64,000 nt of DNA from Saccostrea echinata (GCF_033153115.1 NW_026889758.1:51460001-51524000); one strand, 5' to 3'. Shown: positions 26,879 to 39,565, numbered from the stretch's first letter. Translations and numbers: made by a program. Notes: generated by a model not told the origin, from the sequence alone.

Positions 26879-29800
26879 TTAATTGTGGGTTAAATTTAAC
26901 TTCTGAAATCTTTTCAAAGCAGTCGCCATCCATGACAATCTGTCACCAAAGTATGCTTTCATTTTATTGTGGTGTACAATCTTGATGTTTGATCGTTCAT
27001 CTGTCTGTACTTGGTATAATAAATCATTGATCTTTTGTAGCACCAAACAAGGACCAAAGTATCTCGGCTGCAGTTTGTAACTCTCCAGGCCAGTATTTGG
27101 GCTTTCTAATAAGATAGAAACTAGGTCACCAACTTTATATTGATTCAGGTTAGATCGTCTGTCATATCTATCCTTCTGCACTCTTAAAGAGTTTTTTAAG
27201 TTTTTCCTAACAATCTGGTTTGATTGATACATACTCTCTCTGAGTTTATATAAATAATCTGCACATGTAGAAAAATTTTCTGTCTCTCTAGAAGAACTAT
27301 ATATGATCTCGAGAGGAAGCTTGACTTCTCTTCCCAACATGACCATGTTTGGAGTAAATTTTGTCGATTCTTGAGGTGTACTTCTGTATGCAAGTGCAAG
27401 ACATCCTAAATTCAAATCCCAATCTGTTTGCTTGCCCTTGATATAAGATTTAATCATACTAATCAGTGTTCTGTTGAAACGTTCAACCAAACCATTGGCT
27501 TGAGGGTTCCTAGGAGTTGTTCTAGTCTTTTTAATTTCTAGCATACTGCATAATTCTTGAAATAGATTGCTTTCAAAGTTACGGCCTTGATCACTGTGGA
27601 TAGATTCTGGGCATCCGAATCGAGCAATGACTTCATTTAGAATTTTATCTGCACAAGTCTGGGCTGTCTGGTCATGAACTGGAAGTATTTCCACCCATTT
27701 GCTGAAGTAATCTGTTACGACTAATATATATTTGTTTCCTCGTGGGGTTCTGGGTAAGGGACCAAGTATATCTATGCATAATCTGTCCATGGGTGCACCA
27801 ACACTCATGTCCCCTAAAGGTCCTTTTGATGATTTAGTAGAAACTTTGTTCATCTGACATTCATGACATTTCTGTATCCATGCATTGATATCTGTTTGCA
27901 TGTCATACCAATGAAAGAATCTTCTTATCTTTGCAGTGGTCTTCTTTTGGCCCAGATGTCCAGAGATCACAGAATTGTGCATCTGATGTAGAACCTGGTC
28001 TCGTAAGGTATGAGGTAGTAGTAACTGTAAGTATTGTAAATCTCCATTGTTAGAGACAAATTTCTTGTACAGAATACCATCTTTCAACTCGATGGAGTCC
28101 CAAATATTACAGTAGTATCTGCAGGGAGGACTGGCATTTTTAGTAGAATTATCATCTGGTTTTTGACCTTTTTCTTTAGAGTTATATATCAAATTCAAGT
28201 CTGGGTCATCTTTCTGTAATTTTGCCATATTTACTGAAAGACATATATCTTGCCAAGATGTAACTTCTGTCTTTGTTTGATTACGAGTAATTACTCGAAT
28301 AGTATTTGTAGTTTTGTTTCTTGTATCTGGCCATCTCTAACGCTCTGGGGTTTCTTCATTTCTTTTTATACACTTTTTACAGGGACCACATCTCAGTGTC
28401 GATTCGGCCTCTTCCACACACTGGCAGTTATGTGGGTCAGGACATCTTGAAAGTGCATCAGCATTGCCATGTTTATGGCCAGGTCGGTATTCAATTGAAA
28501 AATTGTATGAAGAAAGTATTACCCTTGGGTTCTTTAATTTTAAACAACCATACCAAAGCTTGGTGATCAGTTCGGATTTTGAATCTTCTTCCCAAGAGAT
28601 ACTGTCTAAAGTATTCTACAAAATATCGTACTGCAAGCAGTTCTTTATCTGTGACACAATAATTGGTTTCAGCTTTGTTTAAACTCTACTGGCATAGGCT
28701 ATAACTTTTTCTTGTCCGTCTTGTATCTGACTCAATACAGCCCCAATACTGAAGTTACTTGCATTTGCATCAAGTATGAACTCTCCGTCCATTGTAGGGA
28801 AACTCATAATTTCTGGTCCAGTTAGGAGATTTTTAATACATTGGAAGGCCTCTTGACATTCGTCAGTCCACAGAAAGGTACTCCCTTTTTTTGTTAAGTT
28901 AACCAGGGGTCTAACAATACTTGCAAAATCTTTAATAAATTTTCTATAATAGGATGCCATGCCAATTACTTGTCGAACTTCAGTTGGCGTCTTAGGAACT
29001 GGCCAATTCAGGATTTTCTCAATATTATCCGGGTTGGGTTTCACTCCATCTTTATTGATCACATGACCCAGAAAGGAAACTTCCTTTCGAAACAACTGGC
29101 ATTTATTAGGTTTTAATTTTAAACCTGCTTCTTTAATCCTACTTAAAACTTCTGTGACTCTTGTCAGATGTTCTTCAAAATTTGAACCAAATACAATGAT
29201 GTCATCTAGGTATATCAGACACGTTTGCCATTGCAAACCAATTAAAATTATCTGCAGGGTTCGTTGAAAAGTTTGTGCACTCCCCTTCATTCCCATAGGC
29301 ATAGTTAGAAATTCCCACAATCCATATTTTGTTATAAAAGCAGTTATTGGTATATCTGATTCTTTGACAGGAACTTGGTGGTAACCTGAAGTTAAGTCAA
29401 ATGTTGAAAATATTGTTGCTCCAGAGACAGCATCTAGACAGTCTTGAATTCTAGGCAGAGGAAAGGCATCATTTTCTGTCACCTCGTTCACCTTTCTATA
29501 GTCTTTACATGGCCGAATTTTTCCATTTTTCTTCTAAACAAGGTTCAGAGGTGAAGCCCAGGGAGAATTTGATTTTCGAATGATTCCCTCTTTTTCCATA
29601 TCTGTAATTGTTTTAAGTTCAGCTTCAGCATAAGCAATAGGAACTCTTCTGGGTGGAAGTTCAATTGGTCTAGCATTGCCAGTATCAATCGCATGCTCAT
29701 TAATATGAGTCAAACCCAAGTCTAAGTCGTTCTTAGAAAAAGTGTCTTGAAAGTCAAATAGCAATTTGAACAGATCTCTCTGTGACTTTTCATCAAGTTC

Positions 29801-30700
29801 ATTAGACTTCAAGGAGTCTTCGTATAATTGTCTTAAATGTTCAGGTAATTTTTCATTTAATTGTCCTTTTTCTGTTTCAGTGGTATGCCTGACAGTGTGT
29901 CCTATTGTAATATTATCTGCGCTTCCGCCAGGATCTTCCAGCACAGTTTCATATAGAAACTCTTCAGCATTTCCAAGTACGACATATTGCCATATCTGTT
30001 TTTGTGTACAAGTTGGATTCAAAAGTCTGACAGGTACTGTAGTACTTTTCTCTATGTCAATCAAAGAACATGCCATTAACAATTCATACTTTTCTGAAAA
30101 TTTCTCATTTGGTTCCACTATAAACTCTGTAGGCTCTGTACCATCGTCATTCCTCTCGACAAAAGCTTGAATAATCTTCTCACTGTAAGGGGGAACAACA
30201 TAATTATCAGCAGCTGTAACTCTTCGGCATTTGTTGTCTGATTTAACTTGAATGCATGGTATAGTAGTTCCATGTAATCGTACAATTCCTCGACTAAGTA
30301 GAATATCCGCGGGTACTCCCATATTTATCTTGTAAAACATCCACCCCCAAAAGACAATCATCATTTATATTTGCAATGATAATATTCTGTTGTACGAACA
30401 AATCATCCAGGTTCAGAGTAAATTCTGCTTCACCAAGTAAGGTCAAGCTTGTACCACATGCATTCACAATGCCTGGTGTATCCTTAAGCTCAGGTTTCTT
30501 CTTTATTCGTTTAAATACTCTTTCTGACAAGATGGTTCTGGAAGCACCAGTATCAATAGTAAAAGTAACGGGGACATCATTGATTTTTCCTTTGATATAA
30601 ATTCCAGGGCATTTTTCAAAATTTCTTTTGACATCATCAGTAACAAGGCTAATATCTTTTATTTTATTTTCAGATAGGTCTTCGTTCAAAGTCTCCTGGA
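26879..30700 (-). pseudogene. pol: Gypsy pol (protease, RT, RNase H, integrase), frameshifted
   Basis: Protease IDTGAS; RT FDLTSGYHQ and YLDDIIV; RNase H ILDANAS...IGAVLSQ; integrase H-H-C-C, IDILGP, SDQGRNF, VERFNRTL and a GPY/F-like motif. Frames break at ~30330, ~29530, ~28680 and ~28490. Confidence 0.95.
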
Positions 30701-30718
30701 TCGTCTCTCGACCTGCAG

Positions 30719-32512
30719 TTACGATCCCCTGAAGTTTAAATTTCCGGGATATTGTGGTGCTGTACTTCTGAAGTTTTGCTGGGTGACAACTGGACAGTCA
30801 CGAGCAAAATGACCCTGATTGTTACACTGATAACAAGCAGTGTTGGAGGATGTTTTAAATCTGGGAAGAAAGGCTGAGGATTTATTCATCTCGGACAACA
30901 TCTTTTCAAGATTCTGGATTTGTCTTTGCATTCTTAGTATATCATCTTTGAGATCCACATTAGTAGTTCCTGATGTTTTAGATTTATGCATTGTTGTAAA
31001 CGAAGCATCATTTTGTGAAACTGTCTTGGATTCCTTTTCTTTATTTTCAAATCTCTTATTACTTCCTGTTTTTGTATCATTTTCAGTCACTGCCCGAATT
31101 GGACGTTTATCGGCCTTTGAAGAGCTCCTTTTATGAAGATCGCTGAAATTGATCACTTGGAATACAGCATCATCAATGTTGTCTGGCTCTTTTATGTATT
31201 CGACCTGGAACTGGACTTTCTCATCATTGAGACCATCAAAGAATTTTCGAAGTAGATCCTCTCTGCGTATAGTCTCGTCCCTGTTAGGGTATGCCTTGGC
31301 ATATAGTTTCTTTAAGTCTGCTGCATAGACTTCTACAGGTTCATTTGGTTTCTGTCTACGGTTACTGAACTTAGCTTCTAACGACTTCTTAGTTTCTATA
31401 ACTTGGTATCGATTATCTAATTCTCTGATTAGTTTCTTGTAATTAGATTTTGTTCTTTTTGTAAGTTGTTCAAAGACAAATTCTCCTGCTCCACCTTGCA
31501 TTCTAGGTAATAGCTCATCAAGTCTTTCATTGTTTGTCCAATTTCCCCTGTCTGCAATTTCTTCAAATCTGCCCTTCCATACAACCCATTTTTCTTTATC
31601 TTGACCAGTAAAGGGAGGTAACTTATGAGAAAATTTTCAGGGATGTCTCTTTTGAGTTACAATAGATGTAGGTATTCTCTCATCATTAGAATCTGATGTA
31701 CTGCTACTGGTGGAGTCATCTGAGGAGGATGAATTTTCATCGATCAATCTTGCCCGTTTAAGCTGTCTCTCTGACTGGGTTTTTCTAGAAGCACGTCTAT
31801 GTCTGGACAATGTTTTAGACTGAGCTGTATCTGTACGACTCCTTCCAGGGCTTTGGTGCTGTACTGATACACCTGATTGGACTGTATTCAAAAATTTCTG
31901 CATGTCTTTTAAAATTGTGGCCAAATCATCTCTGTTGTCAGACAACTGATACATAGGGGGCTGGTATACTGGATTGTTCATTTGTTTACTTCTGACATCT
32001 TCGTGATTTTGTCTCATTGCATTTGAATGATCTGATCTAGTAACTGGAGGACAGGAATATGGACGCCCATTCTTGGGAGGGATCGATTCATGCAAATCAT
32101 CTATAGACGAATCATCTGTCAAATCATGGATTGGTAGCGGAAATTGATTAGGGTTATCTCCCCTATCGAGGATGAACATTTGTTCATTGCACCTTTCTGG
32201 TGTTGTATGTTTTTGTTCATTTGTAATAAATGATTGTGACACATTTTCTGTGTTTAAAGGATTCATATGTAATGAATTGTGCATCAAATTTGATGTTGAA
32301 GTTGTGCATGACATATGCATAGTGTCCTGTACAGTAAATTTACTGTTTATAACACTTTTATTTCCAAAAGGATTTTCAATTCCAGTTTTTAAACTGTTGT
32401 CAGAATTTATTTTGTCTACACACTGCCTATCATTTTTCTGTCTCACACTCACATCATCTGACATCTCATCAGCTTCTACAACAACCAGACCCTTTCTTTT
32501 ATTCTTTCCCAT
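30719..32512 (-). pseudogene. gag: Gypsy gag with one in-frame TGA at 31637-31639
   Basis: The two ORFs share a frame (HP*KFSHKLPPFTG...); zinc knuckle CYQCNNQGHFARDC. Confidence 0.9.
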
Positions 32513-32637
32513 ATTATCTATCTGAACACTGCCTAATCAAAAATAAAAATAAACTCACACATCAACTTTTATTTTTACAAACAACTAGCAAAAATATAAA
32601 AAGGTTCGTATCTCTGGATACCTATAAAATTGAAGGT

Positions 32638-32655
32638 ATCCCGCCGTGGATGCCA
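32638..32655 (-). promoter_or_regulatory. Primer-binding site
   Basis: TGGCATCCACGGCGGGAT a few nt after the 5' LTR. It starts with TGG, the complement of tRNA CCA; the tRNA identity is not assigned. Confidence 0.75.
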
Positions 32656-32659
32656 AAAA

Positions 32660-34661
32660 TGTAACGCTAGCGGTTCTGCTAGAAATTGTTTTCATAGAAT
32701 TAATAATTCTCTCAACTCCTTTTATAAATGTACCATTCGCAAAGAAGACATAAGATTATTAACATTAAACAATTAAATTTATTAAGTGCATTATCAACAA
32801 ACAATTTATTTAAACGACGACATTCACACCACATTCATACCCAACTAATAATAATAAATAAGTTTAATAAAAATAAATAATTAAATCATACCATAAAACA
32901 GACTGAAAAACCACCCCAAAAATCTAACGTGTCTATTCCTATGCGTATAAAATATGTGACAACAAGTCTTAGTTATTTATAACTTTGACTTGTAAAACTT
33001 AACACCAAGCTTTACTGTATTTAACAGGTTAGCTTGTTAAACTCCTAAAATACTTTATTAAATAGGGACACAAGCCGTGGTTATTTATAACTTTGACTTG
33101 TTAAACCTAACAACAAGCATTACTGTATTTAACAGGTTAGCTTGTAAACACTAAGGGCAAAGAAAGATAACTCTAATAATCATAAGTAAGTTTATCGAGA
33201 AGCAACGTTTAAAAATTCCCAAGTACTCTAATAAAATAATTTCTATTAAAAATAATTGAAGAGAAATTTACGTATCTAGAATAATTAAATTACTGTATGA
33301 AAATAAAATAAATAATTGACTTTCGTTGAACTAATCAACTTTACTCATCATAAAAGAGAAAGATAGCAAACGTATAACTTTAGTTACATAGTTTGCATTA
33401 AAATGAAAATGAAATAAAATAGAGTAAAAATGAAAAATAAAATAATCCTGGATAAATTAATTACTAAAGAAGACTACTCAGTCATAGACTGTTGAGTCTT
33501 TAAAACAACCGATAGCGGACAATAGTATCTTACTATTTTGTGTCCTACACGGTAAAACCCTATCCTAAATAAATAAATTAAAAATAAATTCCTAAATAAA
33601 AATAAATAAATAAAATAAAATAAAATAAAAGATAGACAAAATAAAAGTTAAAATAAAATCCTAAAAAAATCTGAGAGTTCCGTAAAACGGACCTACCAAA
33701 TCAAAATAAGCAGAAGAGTGACTAAAAAATCTCAGCGTCTAACTTTTATATGACTCTATGACAGAAAATAACGGAAAATGCTGGAAAATAACGGATATTA
33801 ATAGAATTATTAATTATGAAATTTCATTGGATTATCAATTAATGATCAATTATATCGAACAATCTGATTGGTCAATTGTAAAACATCACGATCTTTCACG
33901 TGAACAAGTGTCACCAAATATTCTATACAAGTATGAAATAATGAATTTTTACATATTTATCAATTAAATAAAAATCTATTTCACAATAAATAATTAAAAC
34001 AAAACAAATTAAACTTAAAACAATATTCAGTTTATCTAAAAATACAGTCATTCATAAGATACCGCCATTCAAACTCGATATATTTATCGGTTATATTACA
34101 AATGCAAGGATAAATTTATCAATTACTTTAACAAGTTTCTAAACCGGAAGTACATCGTAATGAAGAGCGAAACTGTCAAACAATGTGACAACAGAAGTTT
34201 AGACTATTTCACAGGTATTATACCAACTAAATAACACTAACCAAACAACAATTACTTACTATTTGACACAGTTATAGTCTTCGAATTATCTCAGTCATGT
34301 TTATGTTATCAAAATATATCAATCTACCCTTGTTTCACAAGTATATACATTTACAATTAAGTGACTTAGGTACAACTCTGCGAATAGCACATTCTATAAA
34401 ACAAAATAAAACTGTGAATAAACAAACTGCATCAACCCGCTCCAAATCACCACAATGCATGATAACATATTACAGTCATTGACCCTATTTGATAGAAAAA
34501 TCAACCCGCTCCAAGCTCACACATATATAGTAAAATATTACAGTCATTGACTCAGAATGATTAAACACTGTTGTGGATAAAATAAAAAGTTACACCATGT
34601 AACCTAACATTACTATTATTGCATCATTTAAAAAAAGGGGGGGGGGGTCACATGCACTACA
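32660..34661 (-). repeat. 5' LTR (2002 bp)
   Basis: Direct repeat of 22257-24322 with a 71-bp deletion, a 9-bp insertion and scattered substitutions. Confidence 0.97.
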
Positions 34662-34729
34662 GAAAGGTAATAAGTTTTAAGGGAATAATCTATTTGTATT
34701 TTACAAATATCCCTTAATTTGAAGGAGGG

Positions 34730-34980
34730 AGTCTATGCATCAGATTTGAACCATGTGGGCCTATTTACGCCCTGATATGATTTTAATCTATTGTGGTGGA
34801 TAATTTCCCCCTTATGATTGCATTTCTCTATTTTGTAAAGAACGTCATTTATTCTGTGTAAAATAATGAATGGTCCCCTCCATTTAAGAGATTTTTGGGG
34901 AGTCCCATATTTTGATTTGGGAAAAAAACGTACAGCATCTCCTGGGTCGTATTGGTTTTGGTGAATGTTGCACTGTAAAC
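34730..34980 (-). pseudogene. Old Gypsy integrase C-terminus
   Basis: Reads NIHQNQYDPGDAV...EGPFIILHRINDVLYKI...HHNRLKSYQG and continues the integrase at 54548-55050. Confidence 0.75.
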
Positions 34981-35107
34981 ACGTTTGTTTGTTATATTAT
35001 ATTCCTCTGGAGAATTTTTCACTCATATGGAGACGCCACCTTTTGCCGGTGGAGAGCTGCAAATTTATACCTATACTCGGCACTCAGGGTAATTGAGCAG
35101 TGAGGAA

Positions 35108-35327
35108 AGTAGTAAGGGGTATAGTCTGGGGTCTATATGGGGTCACTGACGTCATGGGTCCGTCTGGGGTCACCCATCCCATGAAAGCCGTCTGAGGTCG
35201 ATGACGTCACGACCCATCCCATAAAACCGTCTGGGGTCACCCATCTGATAAAACCGTTTGGGGTCACCCATCCCACAAAGCCGTTTGGGGTCACCCTTCC
35301 CATCAAACAGCCGTCTGGGGTCACCCC
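35108..35327 (+). repeat. Left TIR with internal ~27-bp subrepeats
   Basis: AGTAGTAAGGGGTATAGTCTGGGGTC...; repeated CCGTCTGGGGTCACCCATCCC. Confidence 0.95.
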
Positions 35328-35739
35328 TCCGTTTTTCCCACGATCAAATTCTTGGTTTTTCCACTAGGGGATTGTCTCAGACACACCCTATAAATTCCTC
35401 ATGTTTATTATATAAACTCCAAGTTTCATTTAGATTTTTATTCTGCAAAGAGGAAACACTTTAATTTATACAAAGACAGTACTTGTATTAGTAAGTATAC
35501 TTTGCTTAATTCTTGTTACCCAACATGCAGTTTCTTTTCTTTCTTGTTACCCAAATAATTTCCCCTTTTCAAGAATTACACTTTCATTTTTTTTTTAAAT
35601 ATTTTATTAGCATGATTTTTAATATTTTATTAATTCTTATAAATATAAGAACAAAGGAATATTAATGAGAACCTTCAATAGACCTACATTTAACAAACAA
35701 AGGCTTCATAATAGTTAACTCAAATAAAACCTAACTTTT

Positions 35740-36040
35740 TAAACATTTGAAATTATTTTAAACATTTCAAATAATCCTGCATATAATTAACAATCATTGA
35801 AGTTTGTATTGAGTCCACTCTAACTGAATCACTTACTTTCTTAAACATTTGAAATTATTTTAAACATTACAAATAATCCTGCATATAATTAACAATCATT
35901 GAAGTTTGTAATAATTAAGTTCAGTCTAACTGAAACAACTACTTTTTTAAACATTTGCAATTATTTTAAACATTTCAAATAATCCTGCATATAATTAACA
36001 ATCATTGAAGTTTGTAACAAGTCCACTCTCACTGAATCAA
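35740..36040. repeat. Three tandem ~103-bp repeats overlapping a gene 3' end
   Basis: AAACATTT..AATTATTTTAAACATT.CAAATAATCCTGCATATAATTAACAATCATTGAAGTTTGTA occurs three times. Confidence 0.9.
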
Positions 36041-36459
36041 TGAGTTCAGAAAGGGCGCTTAACTCCTCCTTAAGAGGATACTGCCTCGACGTTTGCGAAG
36101 ATGCGGGGGTCCCTGTCCCTGATGGGACTGCTGGTAGCACTGGTGTATTTCTAGCTGTCGGTGTTAGGGTATGGTCAGGAGTCGGAAGGTTAAGTATCGA
36201 GTTAAATTCTGTTGGTGTAGATGACAGGTTAAGGGACGATGCGGGGCTGGATGGAACACATATAGACGAAGACGGGCTATATCCCAACGCAAACTCTGAT
36301 TTGATTGGTGGTGTAGGACATGGGTTATATCCATACGCAAAGTCGGGTGCCTGGGGGTCGAGCTCAGCTTTAATTGGTGGTGGTGAGGGACAAGGTGGGC
36401 TATAGCCTATCGCAAACGTTCTTCTCTCTAGCGCTTCATATTTAGCAGGATTATCCTTC
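35961..36459 (-). CDS. Terminal exon of a Polinton Pro/Ser-rich protein of unknown function
   Basis: Open frame from the acceptor TTATTACAG: KDNPAKYEALERRTFAIGYSPPCPSPPPIKAE...FAYGYNPCPTPPIKSEFALGYSP...DYLKCLK*. The upstream exon was not located. Confidence 0.55.
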
Positions 36460-37334
36460 CTGTAATAATGAACATATTTAAAATGAAAAAATTTGTGAAT
36501 AGATGTAAAATTAGAAATATCTGGTCACATTAATCATTTTTGTCTGTTATATTTAAAAAACACTTCGTACAGAAAAATAAATATGTGTTGAAATATTGTA
36601 TTATAATGACCACACAATATTCGTGCATCTATCGTTATGCGCAATAAAGATACCCTTATGTTGACCACATTTCATACTAATGAATATTATTGATAATTTA
36701 AGTCGTATATTCAACCTGAACGGGGTACACATCATAACCGTATTTGGAAAGGTCTAAAAGTCGCATGTACAGATCGATAAAATTTGACCTAAACGCAAAA
36801 AGTGTGTCAAAGTTTATTCAGATCACAAGAGTCGTATCTAATACGTTGTAATATTTTAAAAAAAAAAAACAGCCCGTATTAAAAAAAGTAACTACATGTT
36901 CAAAAATGTCATATCACACAATGTGGGTTTTTGTGAACAAAAGTCATGAATTATAAAACTGTCGATCGTGCGTTGAAGTCTGTATATATCCAATTCATTT
37001 AATCTATATTTTATTAATATAAATCTAAATTTGCGCCTTTCACGTTATTTTAACCCAAACCATCCTTCAATATCTGTCATCGTGTGTGTGTGTATAAGGG
37101 TTTCCACGAGAGAGAGAGAGAGAGAGAGAGAGTATTACGATGACTCTCAGAGTGCATCATGCACTTACAAATGTATTTCATTTCAACAGAATTAATAATC
37201 TTAGTTTATATAGCATATATATGAATTAATTTTGAAAAAAGGGTAGATCAGAAGATCACGTGACCAAAATTTTCGCGCGGATATGTTATCACGCGCTCAT
37301 GCTGAAAAAAAAGATGGAGGAGAGGTCTGTGAGG

Positions 37335-39565
37335 ATGATGTGTGTTATAGGCCTATCTATTGCTTTATGCCCCGTAATTTTGGGTGCCGTATTAAGGAGT
37401 CCCACCAGAATCGTTAAGACATGTTACTTGCCTTGTATTAATATCACGGTGCAAGCGTCAGAAGTTCGAGACGTTTTTGTGACGTCATGTAGACTGAACT
37501 CTGTATTCGTAATTGGAAATATGTCTTCGGTACATATTCACCCACTGGACCAAAGTCACAAAGAATGTGGTAAGTCTTATATATTTCAATTTCAATTAAG
37601 TTATCGTACACAGATCCCATTATCCCCCCCCCTTTCATTGTTGGACAAGTGAAGTAGTACTGAACTTCAGTTCAGTACTGAAGTAATTAAATTTGCATCA
37701 AATCTGGGTTTTTTTCATATTGGTATTGAGGTGATCACTAGTGAATTAATTTTTTATCGACCATTAAAAAGTACACATAACTGCAAAAAAAAAAAGACGC
37801 TTTATCTCCGAAGGTTTACGGAAAGTGCTGCGCGTTTAAATAAAGATCGGGTTCGACATAATATGAATTCGAAAATCAGAGGCATTCCGAATGTTTCATG
37901 AATTCTATTTTTTTAAATTTCAGAGCCAAAACAAATCACAGAAACGGGGAAGAACGGTGAGCATTTGAATATACTAATTAAGAAAGATTGTGTGTGTGTA
38001 AACATATATAAAGTCTTATAAATATTGCTGTAAAAGGATCTATAGGTAAGGGTGACATTATCAGACCTCGGGTGGCATTAAGTCCATACAGTCTTGAACA
38101 TGTTGAAAATTTGAAGTAGAAAGGTTTTATGATACCCTTTTTCCCCTCAGAACCAGTTGAGAAAACGACCAGGCAAGTGGTTTCAAGAACGACAAGAACA
38201 ACGATAGCTATCACTGAGACCCGAACACCTCATCCCACTAAAGAAGAAGGTAATGGAGGTAAGATGTATACCATAAGTATATAACACATGATGTTTGTGT
38301 ATAGTCAATGCGTGGCAAGTATACTTTCGTGAACATGGTCAAGGTATAAAAGAACAAAATAATGTTCATAATGTCTTTTTGTTTTATTTTTCAGAGCCAG
38401 TGGAGAAAACAACACAGCCTAGGATTACAAGAAGGACAAGAACAATGATAGCTAGCCCCATGATCCGAACACCTCATCCCACTAAAGAAGAAGGTAATGG
38501 AGGTAAGATGTATACCATAAGTATATAACACATGATGTTTGTGTATAGTCAATGCGTGGCAAGTATACTTTCGTGAACATGGTCGAGGTATAAAAAAAAA
38601 AGGAAAGAAAATGTTCATAATGACTTTTTGTTTTATTTTTCAGAGCCAGTGGAGAAAACAACACAGCCTAGGATTACAAGAACGACAAGAACAATGATAG
38701 CGAGCACTGAGACCCAAACACAAGAGAGAAATTACAAAGATCTTGCTGAGGGTATATCTGGTTCATCCATCTATATTATTGTCATTTGTTCACTTAATTT
38801 GTTATTTCTCTTTTTATTTAAAACAAAGAAAATAAAAAATATGTATTTAGATAAATGTAAGAAAAAAAGAAAACATGTGAAAAGAAAAAAAAAGTTGAGT
38901 ACATGGTTGTTTAGAAAAAATCAGATAGTTAAGGAAAACAAATTACCATCAAAATATGAGCTTCAGGAAATTATAAGATCTTGTACAAAGTCAGATGATG
39001 AATTTGAAGATGATGACTTTTATGATGAAGTAAACTTTGATTCAAGATTGTACGTTAATAAAAAATAGATTTTGTAAAGTGATTTTTTTTTTTAAAAACA
39101 CATGTAAAGTATATAATGTTTCATAAATTATGTGAAGAAATCTTGTTTTTGAGAGCTACATTTTTTTTTGTAGATTATCTGATATGGGCTATCATTATTA
39201 CGATTTGCTGTAAAGTGTCTTTGGTCATCATAATTCGACTTTCAATTAAAATTCGACGTACAAGAATGCATGACATACCGATGCGATTGACAGAGATTGA
39301 CTCCCCTGCTCCTACCACACCACCACCAGCTGCTCCTTCCGCACCACCACCTTCTGCACCAGAGAACCCTCCAGAGAACCAACCCTCTGCACCAAACCAA
39401 ACCCCTCAATTAGGTCATACAGACACACCTAGGGGTGCAGAAGGAATTGAAATGTCATATTTTACACCCCAAACTGCCAAACCCTTGATTCAATCCAAAA
39501 CATCATCCCCCATTGCACTCCGAACCAGGTCGCACACACGTAAAAAGTTGAATTTTCATGTGTAA
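37335..39565 (+). CDS. Six-exon type I membrane protein with mucin-like stalk (exons 37335-37569, 37924-37956, 38151-38249/58, 38395-38493/502, 38644-38751, 39174-39565); alternative read-through end at 39068
   Basis: Signal-peptide-like MMCVIGLSIALCPVILG; all five introns are GT-AG with pyrimidine tracts and all are phase 1; Thr/Pro-rich repeated exons; TM YLIWAIIITICCKVSLVIII; Pro-rich tail. Confidence 0.8.
38151..38720 (+). repeat. Tandem ~245-bp exon+intron duplication (about 2.3 units)
   Basis: EPVEKTT... exons start at 38151, 38395 and 38644 with near-identical introns. Confidence 0.92.

Larger units (their letters stand above)
22257..34661 (-). mobile_element. Full-length Ty3/Gypsy LTR retrotransposon (12.4 kb), mutated coding region
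   Basis: TG...CA ends, 5-bp TSD GAAAG on both sides, two near-identical LTRs, PBS, PPT, and gag-PR-RT-RH-INT order. Confidence 0.97.

Noticed and set aside
31637-31639. Programmed stop read-through in gag
   Set aside because: The TGA lies upstream of the capsid region and is more simply a point mutation, e.g. CGA to TGA.
35133-35324. Repetitive ORFs in the TIRs (also 54183-54425)
   Set aside because: Translations of TIR subrepeats.
37656-37679. Perfect 11-bp inverted repeat in intron 1 of the membrane gene
   Set aside because: Isolated, with no supporting context for a function.
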